From assembly GCA_951406725.2 (NCBI GenBank), contig OX597820.1, forward strand, positions 74,524,001 through 74,588,000: a DNA stretch of 64,000 nucleotides, in the 5' to 3' direction. Position 1 is the first letter of the stretch; each line of letters starts with the position of its first letter. This document shows, in pieces, positions 28,276 to 41,666 of the stretch. A program made the position numbers and the translations under genes. This DNA is from Octopus vulgaris. Its lineage: Eukaryota. Below the pieces are notes generated by a model. That model was given only the letters and a program-made list of their open reading frames with translations. It was not told where the DNA came from and did no database searches.

Positions 28276-28890
28276 TTACTGCCTGGAATCGAACTCGTAA
28301 TTTTTGGGTTACTAGCCCGCGCTCTTAACCTCTACGCTATATGCCCGTGGGCGTAGTAATTAAGATCGTAGGACAAATATCCATCAAATGTAAATAATGT
28401 AAATAATGTAAATAATGTACATAACTCCTCATCTCTTATAATATAGAACTGTAATAAAAGGTCAGTTCAGAAAAAGTGACAAAACTTTTGGAATGAACCT
28501 TGTATTTTCTGTGTGATGACGTAACAGAATGTTTCTATTTTGATATTTAATGATTATTGCTTTAAACACAGAACACTGATATAACACAATTGTTTTACAT
28601 GAAGATGTTGCTTCCGGGTGATTCACTGCATGCAAACAAATGCATTCACCTACTTATGCACTTTGCACATAGTACTTAGCATGAGTGGAGAGAAAGATGC
28701 TTTATGTGTCATATTTACCAGAACAGTCAAATATAGATCAAATGGCTTCGTATGTTTTTCTTGACTTGCAATAATTGCAATGTGAACCGAAACAACAAAG
28801 AGTTGTTGAATTGATATAATTACTGAAACCGCTGTGTGTGTGTGTGTGTGTGTGTGAGTGTGCGTGCGTGCGTGCGTGCATATATATATG

Positions 28891-29140
28891 TGGAGGCGCG
28901 TGACTTAGTGGTCAGGGTGTCAGCATCATGATCGTAAGATTGTGGTTTCGATTCCTGGACAGAGCGATGCGTTGTGTTCTTGAGCAAAACACTTCATTTC
29001 AAGTTGCTCCAGTCCACTCAGCTGGCAAAAATGAGTAACGCTCCGATGGACTGGCGTCCCGTCCAGATGGGGAACACATACTCCATTGAAACAGGGAAAC
29101 CGGGCCCATGAGCCTGGCTAGGCTTTAAAAGGCGCATTTA
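28891..29140 (+). mobile_element. tRNA-derived SINE with CORE-like and V-like modules
   Basis: tggaggcgcg head, B box ggtttcgattcc, ccactcagctggcaaaaatgag, gatggactggcgtcccgtccag. Confidence 0.78.
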
Positions 29141-29152
29141 TTTATTATAATT

Positions 29153-29182
<30 letters not shown>

Positions 29183-29183
<1 letters not shown>

Positions 29184-29489
29184 CACGTGAGCACGTGACT
29201 GACCAGACCATTAGATGTTGCTACATATCGCTGGTCACAATGCGCTTCGCATTGCTTTAGCCTTCAAATGACGCCAACCCGCTGACTAAGCGACGAAGCT
29301 AACAGAAGAAAGAGTGAGAGAAAGTTGCGGCGAAAGAGTACAGCAGGGATCACCCCCACCCTGCCTGAGCCTCGTGGAGCTTTAGGTGTTTTTACTCAAT
29401 AAACACTCACAACGCCCGGTCTGGGAATCGAAACCGCAATCCTATGTCAGCGAGTCCGCTGCCCTAACCACTGGTCCATTGCGCCTCCA
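29183..29489 (-). mobile_element. SINE group 3
   Basis: Revcomp of 16069-16370. Confidence 0.88.
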
Positions 29490-30649
29490 CACACACACAC
29501 ACACACACATATATATACATATACAACTATATATATATGCGTATATGGTAGTGTAAATACATGATAGCCATATGAGACAGGGAATTAGACAACGTGTGCA
29601 GATAAAAAACTATTTTTAAAAAATTAAAAAGTAATATAGAGTAAGAAAGATATATATTATGAGAAACAAAGAAACAAAACCACAATTGCTTAAGGTGTGC
29701 ACAGACTCACACACACACACACACACACATACACACATGGAGAAGAACTTTCGTAACTATCTAAGAAATCTGAACGATACGAACATTTTGGAATATTTGC
29801 CTGGCGTGCGGCGAGCGAACACCTGTTATTGACGAAGCGCAATATGCTAAAATCATGTGGTCTGGCTGTTCTGGCTCTCATGCCAGACGGTTCTCGCCTA
29901 CTAACGATATATGTTAATCGTTTTAGTAATCTGCGTCCATATGAGAGTATCTCTCAAGGCGACAACGGCTGTATGCAGTTGTTCTAATAACACAGCCTTA
30001 TTAAATAGATTCTGAAGAATCCGAGTTCAGTAAGCAAACCCGAAGGCAATAAATAACGGAGAAGAGCGACACACACAGACCCTTTTTGTTTACAAATTTA
30101 GAAATATATATATACGAGATCATCTATGCTGTAAAAATGTCTTAAGTTGATGGATGGGCAATGTGGCTGCAATGGGTGTGTACGGAACCATGTAAGCATT
30201 GATGTTGTGTTCAATTTCCAGTGGTTCGGCCAATCGTTCGGCGATTATTTAGGTCTAGTTGCTTTAAATGAGCATATATTATTATATAAATAATATACAA
30301 TTTTAGTTATTATTAAAAAGAACCTATGTGTGTTGCTCTTCTCCGTAACTTACAGCTTTCGAGTTTGTTTACAAATTTATGAATATATATATATATATAT
30401 GTGTGTATATACATATATACATATATATATATATATACATATATATACATATATATACATATATACAAACACACATATATATACACACATGCATATATAC
30501 ATACATACACGAATACGTATATACATATACATATGTATGCATATATGTACGTATGTGTATATGTGTATGTGTGTGCATGTCTTTGAGTACAGGGGTCAGT
30601 CTAACCGACCCAAATTTTAGGCCCTGTGCCTATAGTAGAAAGGATTATT

Positions 30650-30656
30650 TTTATTA

Positions 30657-30715
<59 letters not shown>

Positions 30716-30740
30716 GTTGTTGTTGTTGTTGTTGTTGTTT
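30650..30740. repeat. (TTA)n/(TTG)n tail
   Basis: Direct reading. Confidence 0.95.
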
Positions 30741-31594
30741 GATGAAAACCCTCAGCTTATTTTACTGGGAATGATGGAAAGTGCCAGCTGTCCAAAGCTA
30801 GTAGAATTAGGTGAAACTTGTTTACTGGTCATTCTTCACGATCACTGCAAATAATTCTTGCAGTTCCAAGCAATGCTGATTTTTTTTGTAGCTGTTCTAC
30901 CTTCACACTTGCACCGATCTTTTTCAGGCATGTTGGTAGTTGAGTGCTGATACTTCCAAGTGCACCAATTACTATTGGTATCACGTCTACTCTATTCATT
31001 GACCACAACCTTCGTATTTCCTCCTTAAAAACGTTGTAGTTGTTTATTTTTCCTGCTCTCACATTGATGCTGTTGTCACCGAGACATGCTATGTCGATTT
31101 TCATACATATCCTTTCCTTTTTTGCTCGCCACAACAATGCCCTGTTTCCGACATCTGGTCGGGTGATCGCGCTGAATCATTGCATCCCACAGGATTTTGC
31201 AATTCTCATTTTCGGTGACTGCTTCGGGGTTTTCTCATACCACGACTTTGCTCTTTGTAGACCGTGATTTCTATAGAAGTCCCAATGGATCGTTCTTGCC
31301 ACATTGTTATGGCGTCGTTTGTATTCGCGTCGTGTCAATTTCGGGCATTCATTAAGGATGTGACATTCCGTTTCACATCTATCACCACACATTCTGCATT
31401 TGTCGCTGTTGGTGGTATTGTCAATTCTGCACTACACATAGTTAGTCCTTAACGTTTGTTCTTGAGCTGTAAATATGCATACTTCTGTCTCTTCAGATCA
31501 CCAGCTCCTCATCCATAGCCACCGGTCTTCTGTATCTGTCTTGGCGTTCGCATTTCTTGCAAACTATCTGTACATTTTATCTCCTTTTTCAGTA
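30741..31594 (-). mobile_element. R4/Dong-like subfamily A fragment
   Basis: AQEQT, CRMCGDRCETECHILNEC, RRHNNVA, IDIAC, VIPIVIGALG, SALLGTARII. Confidence 0.88.
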
Positions 31595-32316
<722 letters not shown>

Positions 32317-32744
32317 AAGATGGTGAGCTGGCAGAATTGTTAGCATGCTGGACAAAATGCTTCACAGTCTACCTTTAGGTTCCGAGTTCAAATCCCTCCT
32401 CTGTTTCAATACGTCACCGAACATGGAATACGGCTCATGCACGAAATGTATTATTTCTTGATGAGGCAATGCTTTCGGAGGACACAGTCCTGGTTGCGAT
32501 GCTGAGCACCGAAAATTATGTTGCTAAATATATTATTTAGATCAACCAAGTTACGGACCGCAAATAGCTATAATAGGCATCTGCGCAGAAGATTCTCACT
32601 GGTCAATATATATATATACGAGTGAGGAGTCCAATGTGGCTCACTCGTATCACTATCGAACAAAGAGTTTAACTACAGTCTGTCCATAGCGTTTACTTAG
32701 CGTTACCTGCCACTCTTTGGGTCTTCTAGATAACAATATCTCTC

Positions 32745-32795
<51 letters not shown>

Positions 32796-33028
32796 CAGAG
32801 TGTGAGAGAGAAAGAGAACGAGAGTATATATGTGCGGACGGCTTACACCTTCCCCTTGTCCTAGGCTGTCAACACCTGACGGAGTCGAAGGGATGGTTTT
32901 ATGATAAACAGCCAGTCTGGGGTAATTTTAAATTTGTCGAAATCCACTCCTCTCCAGGTCAGATCATAGCCGATTTCTTCGAAGATATTGATGGGTAAAG
33001 AGAGAGAGAAAGAGAGAAAGAGTGTGTA

Positions 33029-33121
<93 letters not shown>

Positions 33122-35933
33122 AATGCAAAGTTAACGTCGGAGGTATTTGAACTCCGATTGCAGAGAACCAGAATGAATACCGCAAGGCATTTTAGTTGGT
33201 CAATTGACTGAGTGAATCGCAACGAATCTTTCCTAGACGATATTTTTCAATTATTTACATTAAATTTCGACTATCGCTTTATAATTCGATACACGTCTGG
33301 CCCTGCTTTTCTGTCTATATACGCAAATTAATAGGCCATATCTTTGCCCAACCGCAAATTAGACGTGTCATACGAGTTACTACATAGTTTTAACGGATTA
33401 AAAATATTTTAAAGTAATATTAAAATATCAGTAAAGTAAGGGAAATTGCACTCTTTCAAAACAGCTTTTCCCAACAGCTGTTCCCCGGAAACGCAATATT
33501 GAAAAGAAATCATAAGACAATATGTGTTTGTGTCTGTGTTACTTTTATACACACGCATACAAGCAACTATAACTTCCTAAGTATTACACAACTATGTATG
33601 TGTATTTTTGCAAATATTTGTCTGCTGTCAGTATGTCTGTATGTGTGTTTGTGTGTGTGCGCGCGTGTGTATGTAAACATAGACACGCATTTTCTATGGT
33701 TTTGTACACATCTTAATGCACGCCTTCTTTTCCTATATAATTTTAAGCGGCTTCAATAACAATGTGCTCAGACTAATTCATACAACATGACCAAAGCATT
33801 TCCGCTCCAACTTATAAAATTTAATTTATTTAGTAGCACTCAGAGAGAAAGAACTATAAAAAATACACAACTAACGAACAAATAATGAACAAATAAAATT
33901 AGATACATTCACTTCTTAGAACCGAAAGATACAAAGTTGTTTAATAAAAGAGAACACTTGAATATATCAGATAATAAAAAAAATATAATGGTAACATGGA
34001 GCGAAGATAATGAAAAACACATCATCTTCCAAGTTTGATTGCGTACAAAGACAGAATAAGGTTGAGAGGGGAAAGAAAGAGCATTCCATAGGAGTGCACA
34101 TGTCCTCCCTTCTATGTCCACCGTGGCTGCTGTCTCTTCTGTAACTTAGATTTGTTTCGGTAGGTTATCTAATTCTTATTATCATTGAAACAAATTTAGG
34201 GTGAAGTGTTCTTAAAAAGTACATGCGAAATTTTCAAGTAGTAGTAGTATTAGTAATAGTAGTAGTAGTAGCAGCAACAGTAATAGTTGTAGTAGTGATT
34301 CTAAATTTTGGCACAAGGCCAGCAATTTCGAGGGATGCATAAGTCGCTTACACTGACCTCAGTGCTCAGCTGGTACTTATTTTATCGACCCGAAAAGATG
34401 AAAGACAGATTATGTGTCGGAGGCTAGTTCCACCTCACATTACTTTGGCTCTGGTTTATAAGTTAATGTTTCTTCTTCAGCAGAGAGGACTTTTTTTATG
34501 TAGAATATCTACCTAACCTCACATTTGCAAAATTTCTTCTGTTAGGTTTTCTATTTTAAGGCCGCCTCTTTATCCCCATCGTCCTCAGTCTGATCTCAAC
34601 CCTTATAAGTTTAAAAGATATTACTGTTACGAGGGGTTATTCCTTGCTCGTTTACAACAAGCTGTTCTTGTGGTCGTGGGTAACTCTCCTTGTCTTTACT
34701 GATTGTAGTTAGGAGAGGGAGCCTTTTGGTTTCATGGCTTGCATCTCGTAATAAGACTGGGCCAGTTTCATCTATCGATCTCATGAATTCTGCTTGGTGT
34801 TGTTCTAGAACCGATAACATCTGCAATTTATTGATTTTACACTTTAAGACTTTCTGTGTAGGACGCTTTTAAATGGTACATACAGTCCGTCTGAATTAAA
34901 CCTGCTCCGCTCAGCGCCTTCTGCAGGACACAGTACTGATATTGTCTTATGGTTTTATGCTAGTTATGAGGACTGTAGGCATAAGGTAATCCCAACCAAG
35001 CACATACCCAATGGTACATCTATCCATATTGTGTCACAAAAATCACTATTAGCCAAGTCGTAACATTATAACTAATGTCTCTGAAAAGGGCATTTGTGTT
35101 CTTCCTACACAAATATTGCAGAACTACGTTATGGGCAAGCGCAGCACGTACTATTTGAGCTTGCATTTTTGCCTGCTCGTCTGTTTAAGCAATAGCACTT
35201 AAAGTAACATACTCTCTCCTTCCAACAATTGATATTTTACTTAGAATATCTCCAGGGACTGCCTTTAGTTCTTACCTGGACGGAACAAGAAAACTGGTAG
35301 GTAGAAATATATCAGTTTTCTCCTCTAGGATTTATAGCGGAAGATTGGCACCAATTCGATGAGGAAAATACGTTCAAGATTTTGATCTTTCAACAAAAAG
35401 TTCCATGTAGAGAGATATTTTATTTGAAAATAGATTTGCGAAGAACAGCCTTCGTTATTAATGCCTAAAGCATACGGCTGTTGATAACGATAATGTAAAA
35501 CGAGTTATAATGCTGAATTTTGCTGTTGCATATCTATTTTTTATATTCTTTACATTTGTTCATTAATGTTTTCTTTTTTCTTTCCATTCCTTTGTTTCTT
35601 GGTTGTTTTGCTTTAATGTAATCTTTATGAAGAAGCTTTTTTGGAAATCTTAGTGATGGGCGATAGAATAAGAGAAAATATTGTAAGACGCTTATTTGTT
35701 GCATAGTTTTTGTAATGTAGACCTTCCAAAAAGCGTTTCTAAAACATAAAATCCAGTTCTTGTTTCAGTAAAATCTGTAATAAATCGAACGAATCTGACA
35801 CATTTGCGCCTCAAAGTCCGTAGCAAGACGAAAATATCAACAACAACAACAACAACAGCAGCAGCAGCAGCAACAACAACAACAACAACAACAACAACTA
35901 CAACAACAATAATAATAATGATAATAATAATAA

Positions 35934-36137
35934 TCTTTTCTACTATAGGCACAAGGCCTGAAATTTTAGGGGAGGGGTAGGTCGATTACATCGACCCCAG
36001 TACTCAACTCATCGACCTCGAAAGGATGAAAGGCAAAGTTGACCTCGGCGGAATCTGAACTCTGAACGTGCACACGGACGAAATTCCGCTAAGCATTTCG
36101 CCTAGCGTTCTAACGATTCTGTCAGCTAGCCGCCTTA
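35934..36137 (-). mobile_element. SINE group 2
   Basis: Revcomp of 49538-49750. Confidence 0.82.
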
Positions 36138-37951
36138 ACAACAACAACAATAAATTCTAACGCAACGTCATGCGCTGTTTATCTTGATATAAGATCAGAA
36201 TGTCGTTCACACATGGTTGTAATGCATGTACCTGGTGTCCCCTTATCAGACGGTTAGTCATAAGAGGTATGCTGGGCTTCGTATATTTTACCAGTGTCAT
36301 TTTAATGGCATGTACTGCTCTCTCACTCAGTAATAATAATAACAACAATTTAAAATTTGACACATTGGCCACGAATAGGAGACATTGCGAAGACGGGTTG
36401 CAGGTGAGTGGGGTGTCTTACATTGAGTACATATATATATATATATATAATACCCGCGCTCCTGTACCAAAGCAAGGTGGCGGCATGATATATTCAATGG
36501 ATTTAAATATTTAAATGCCAGCCGGATCCATCTGACATGCTAAAGGTTTTCGACGAGATTCTAAAAGCTGAAGACTGGACGTCACCTTGTACGAATCTTA
36601 AGAAGGCAATACTCTCTGTATAGCTTCCAGATTACTGATATTTGGAGGTTACTTATAATCTTCAGCATGAAAATCCACCAGAATTAACCACTGAAATTAT
36701 TCTTATCAACAGCCATATTTATTTCCAGGTCATAATCCCTCATATGCTCTACAGGCCCTCAGCTGGCAGAATGCATTCAATTTCATGATAGTATTCCAGA
36801 TGCAAGGCGCTCAGCTCTAGTCTGCAGCTCAATCAATAAGGTAAGCTGCTGAAAGATCTGCTCAGAAACGATGACCACACCCGTTTACTGTTGTCATTAT
36901 CTAAGAAATTTAGCGAATGTAGTATTAGTGGTTATTTGTGCATCATTAGCTACCGCATTTCGAGCCACCAGTCACCTGGTGTGGACGTTGGCAGCTGACA
37001 GATATTCTTTGCAGAAGCATCATTCTCTTTTCAAACAAGCAAAGATTAGTCCTTTGAACCTGGGCAGATTGTTTCTGAAAATGGCACGTCGATTGGGTAG
37101 GACTGTATTTGACTCGGACCTCCTTAACCAGAACTTGGTCTGACGACAGAAACTGCCGCGTGTATGCGCTTGCTTTAATCATTTCCCCTAAAGCTAACCC
37201 ACTAAATTTTTTCGAGTAATACTCTCCTAACTTGTCCGTACAACCGCCGTTACTTCTCTGCCTAAGGCCATCTCAGTGACGACATTTGCACATATGGACA
37301 AGACTCTTTAGAGTCATATTTTAAGCCGGACTTCCCTCTTGTTTTCACCAGTTTTATATTTTTGTGGTGGTTTGAGTTTTTCTGCTCTTTTCGGAATTGG
37401 CAAGTGTGTGGGTTGCAGCTGTAGTTATTATTTCTATTATTGTTATCTTTATTTGTTTTGGCTGTTCATATTGCTCTGCTACTTTGTTGCTTTCTTTCTC
37501 TTCGTGATTTTGTTTCCATGTGTCTGTTTAGTTCTTGATGTCGTTTTTGTTGCTTATTCAAAGACTAGTTAAAGTTATTTTTGTAAAAAGTGTTGTTGTT
37601 GCTGGCACTCTTAGTTGTTAGCGCCAGTATTCAATGCTTTGGTGATAGTCTTGTTGTTGTTGTTGTTGTTTTCGTTGGTTTTCGCGCATCTGATGCTGCT
37701 TTTGGATCCGTTGTTTTTTGGTGTTGTTAATGGTTTCAGTACTGTTATTTTTGTTTTTTTTGTTATTCCTGTAGATTTAACTGCAGGAAATACCGTCTTT
37801 CGCAGAGAGCTTAAATATGTTACTAATTTTTCCGCTGTCATCTCCTTCGTCAACATTTTCGATATAAGTGGCGCAGGTGTTGCTGATAATGGTGGCTTGG
37901 GTTGGTGGTCCTATCATCCACGCCTATATCTCGGTATTGTAGGGAGAAAGG

Positions 37952-38013
<62 letters not shown>

Positions 38014-38289
38014 GAGAGAGAGCAAGAGAGAAGAGAGAGAAAGAGAGAGAGAGGGGTGAAGGGAAGAATCTGTTGTTTTAACTGAAGGAGAAATACATTT
38101 CGTTTAGTTTTCTTTTGTATGTATTTCTTGTTCGTTTCTGAAAAAAAAAAAATCCAGTATTTTGAAATGAAGTATGTTTGTTAGAAAATGAAAGTCTCCC
38201 ACCCGACTAATAGCGACAAAGGGATTAGCCAGGGATTGCAACGTGCCACACGTAATCAGTTCTATAAAAGAAAGTGTATACACAAATAA

Positions 38290-38843
38290 TAACTTTCAAA
38301 TTTTGACACGATTCCGGCAATTTTAGTAGGAAAGATTAATCGATTAACGTCGACCAGTCGGCACTTGATCGGTACTTTATTTTATCGTTCACGGATGGAT
38401 GAAAAGCAATGTTAACCAAAGTGTAATTTGAACATGGAACATCTTCAACCGAAATAATGCAATGCATTTTGTCCTACGCGCTAAATGAAACATTAACAAT
38501 CCCTTCTACCAGAAGCACAAGGCTTGAAATTTAGGAGGCGATGAGTCAATTACATCGACCTCAGTTTTTAACTGGTACTTATTTATTGACCCTTTTCGGG
38601 ATCAATAAATAATAACAATAACAATCCTTTCTAATATAGACACAAGGCCTGGAAGTTTGAGGGAGGGGAATAGACGTGTGCATTAACCCCAGTACTCAAC
38701 TGGTACTTTTTTCGTCGAACCCGAAGGGATGAAAGTCAAAGTCAAAGTCGACCTTGGCGAAATTTGAACCCAGAATGTGAAAACGGACGAAATATCTCTA
38801 TGCATTTCGCTCAGCGTGCAAACGATTCAGCCAGCTCGCCGCT
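38290..38843 (-). mobile_element. Cluster of three partial SINE group 2 copies
   Basis: Recurring cacaaggc..gaaattt, ctggtactt, gaaatttgaacccagaatg modules. Confidence 0.7.
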
Positions 38844-38848
38844 TGATT

Positions 38849-39598
38849 CGAAGTGTACCACCGAAAGCCTGATCATTGCTGCACAAGACCAGGCTCTAGC
38901 TACTAATTCAGTGAAGTATAACATCTATAAAACTTCTGACACCCAGAAATGCAAACTCTGTTGAAAGGGTGTGGAAAATGCGACCCACTTGGTAAGTGGA
39001 TGTGGGAGCCTTGCACAAAAACAATACAAGCGCCGCCATGGAAAGTGTGTGTGTGTATCTTCATTGGCTCTTATGCCTCAAATACCAATATGAAGTATCA
39101 GAGAACTGGTATGAGCATTTACTAAGTAAAGTTATACAGGAGGATGGAAAAGTAATGTTACTCTGGGTTTGTGATTTTCAGACGGATCGTGTAATCGAAC
39201 ACTGTCGGCGGGATATTGTCATATTGAATAAGAGAGACAAATACTGTCAGATCATTGATGTAGCCATACCAAATGACATGAATGTAGTGAGTAAAGAGAT
39301 AGAAAAAATCACCAAGTACTCCGAATTGAAAGTGGAAATGGCAAGACTGCACGGAATGCGAGAGAGTAATGTAAAAGTGATGTCAGTTGTGATCGGAGCG
39401 TTGGGCTCAATTCCATTGAAACTTCAAGACTTCTTAAGTCAACTGGAAATCCCATGCAAGATTGATGTATTGCAAAAAGCAGACTTATTGGGCACAGCGC
39501 ACATTTTACGAAAAGTATCATGTGACTGAGTTCCTTGTTGTGACTTGGCAGATGACTAAAGACTTCGGTGCATTTTTATCTACACTATTTTACGAAGG
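38849..39598 (+). mobile_element. R4/Dong-like fragment (subfamily F) with (AAT)n tail at 39599-39675
   Basis: ESLIIAAQDQALAT, CKLC..THLVSGC, KRRH, IIDVAIP, KITKY, VVIGALGS, LLGTAHILRK; stop and frameshift. Confidence 0.88.
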
Positions 39599-39608
39599 AA
39601 TAATAACG

Positions 39609-39677
<69 letters not shown>

Positions 39678-39738
39678 CCTTGGATGGACCGAGAAAACTT
39701 ACCTCATTCTCTGAACTCTAACCTCACACCCGCTATCA

Positions 39739-39978
39739 CAGTGGTTCCCAAAGTGGGTAACACTTCCCCTCTTGGGGCGGTGGAAAGATCCAAGTGGGTA
39801 GAACTGAAGAAAAGTGGGGGTGATGATGGGATGACCAAAATGAGGCGTTGGATATAAATCCAACAATATAATGGGTTAATTCGGTTAAGTTTTGTTTGTG
39901 AAAAACAGTTGGTGGTCTATGTTTGTGGTGGACTGGGTGCAAAGGGTGCAGCAACCCGAAAAAGTTTGAGAATCACTT
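39739..39978. mobile_element. hAT(Charlie)-like MITE
   Basis: cagtggttcccaaa ... tttgagaatcactt imperfect TIRs; no clear 8-bp TSD. Confidence 0.55.
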
Positions 39979-41093
39979 TGTTAATAAATCACTGACCCAC
40001 TTTTTACCATAATCTGTCGTGGAGAGCTTACTTATACTTGGTAACTAACTTATTGTTTGAATCTTTTTCCATGAAGATCAGTGTCAAGGGATTTAGACTT
40101 GGATTGCCTTTCAGAGTAAAGTTGAAGCACTCCGTGACCTGCTTGAGGGACCTCCAGTCTGTTGTCTACCCTTTCTTCCAGTTGTATGATTTCCCGCCTT
40201 TTTTCTTGTACAGACACACGCGTTTGCAAACTCGCCCACAATGGACTTATATTTGAAATGTGGTAGGTAAGTCTTGAACATCTACCAAATATAGTAAATT
40301 TATCATGAATATTAAACTCAGTCATTAATATAACAATGTATAGCAATGGAAACGAATTTTTATGTCTCCTGTTAGTAAAGAGCATCAGATTTTCTGAAAT
40401 AACACAACTAGTTTTATGCTGGGAAGGTGGCCAATAATTTATGGAATTAAATGTGAACGAAATTCTGTCAACACTTAATCCGTGTTCGTTGATTTTAAAC
40501 TTCATCAAGTGAAATTAATTTCCTATATAATTATTATATAATATATCCATAATTTGTTTTGAAATTTAATAACATACCTTTCCTTTGTACTTAAGACGTT
40601 GTGATTGATGTAGACATCACTGTCGCGATTTAAATTCTAATCGACAGACTTTTAAGCCGTTTGATATAGTTTGTTTTCGCCTGTGACCAGCTTATGTTGC
40701 CCCTGGATTTGATTTTAGCATTAACTCTATTACGAGTGTTGTTCTATCATTAATTGTTTATTGTTAGAAGAAAATCTGTATATTTTAGCTGTGTTGCCTA
40801 AATGTCTTTGTCTATCTAGCTTTGTTTTGTTCTGTGTGGTATAGGGGTTTGAAATTACAATTTTGTGTGCACATACAAGGTGTGGCATCAGAAAGCCAGG
40901 AGAGTGTTGTACGTTTGAAGTAGTGAAGTTTACAACTTTCACAATTGCAATCAAATTTATGAATCACATTGATCATTAGTAGCTTGCTTTTGAATTCACA
41001 TGCTTATGAATTTTTACCGGTGAAGTTTTAAAACAGATTTTATGGTGTATTATGTTTTATTCTATGAGCTAATATAAGGATTTTTGTATTCTA

Positions 41094-41212
41094 TTTTATG
41101 GCCATATCACGTTGAAAGCACCGGTTCTCGTCTGATCACCGAAGTTAAGCAACGTCGAGACTAGTGAGTACTTAGGTGGGTGACCGCTTGGGAGACCTTG
41201 GTGTTGTAAGCG
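41094..41212 (+). rRNA. 5S rRNA: Dispersed 5S rRNA copy, probably a pseudogene
   Basis: ggccatatcacgttgaaagcaccggttctcgtctgatcaccgaagttaagcaacgtcgag...agtacttaggtgggtgaccgcttggga...tgtaagc is typical molluscan 5S; substitutions at the 5' end, box C and stem; T5 run at 41220-41224. Confidence 0.88.
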
Positions 41213-41227
41213 TCACACATTTTTATA

Positions 41228-41397
41228 GGCATAGGAGTGGCTCTGTGGTAAGTAGCTTGCTTACGAACCGCATGGTTCCGGTTCAGTTCCACTGCGTGGC
41301 AACTTGGGCAAGTGTTTTCTACTATAGCCTCGGGCCGACCAAAGCCTTGTGAGTGGATTTGGTAGACGGAAACTGAAAAAATCCCGTCGTGTATATG

Positions 41398-41467
<70 letters not shown>

Positions 41468-41666
41468 TGTGTCTGTGTTTGTCCCCCCCACACCATCGCT
41501 TGACTACCGATGCTGGTGTGTTTACGTCCCCGTAACTTAGCGGTTCCGCAAAGTGATCGATAGAATAAGTACTAGGCTTACAAAGAATAAGTCTTGGGTC
41601 GACTTGCTCGACTAAAGGCGGTGCTCCAGCATAGCCACAGTCAAATGACTGAAACAAGTAAAGAGT
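41228..41666 (+). mobile_element. Full-length SINE group 1
   Basis: Matches 24064-24477. Confidence 0.9.

Larger units (their letters stand above)
27605..28451. mobile_element. Fold-back element carrying a hammerhead-like motif and tRNA-like head, with nested SINE
   Basis: catttgacggatatttgtcct (27618) vs aggacaaatatccatcaaatg (28370); centre gcccgtgggc; 9-bp direct repeat taataaaag at 27596 and 28452. Confidence 0.65.

Noticed and set aside
32455-32520. Hammerhead-like ttgatgag...gaaa
   Set aside because: Core imperfect and stems I/III cannot be formed convincingly
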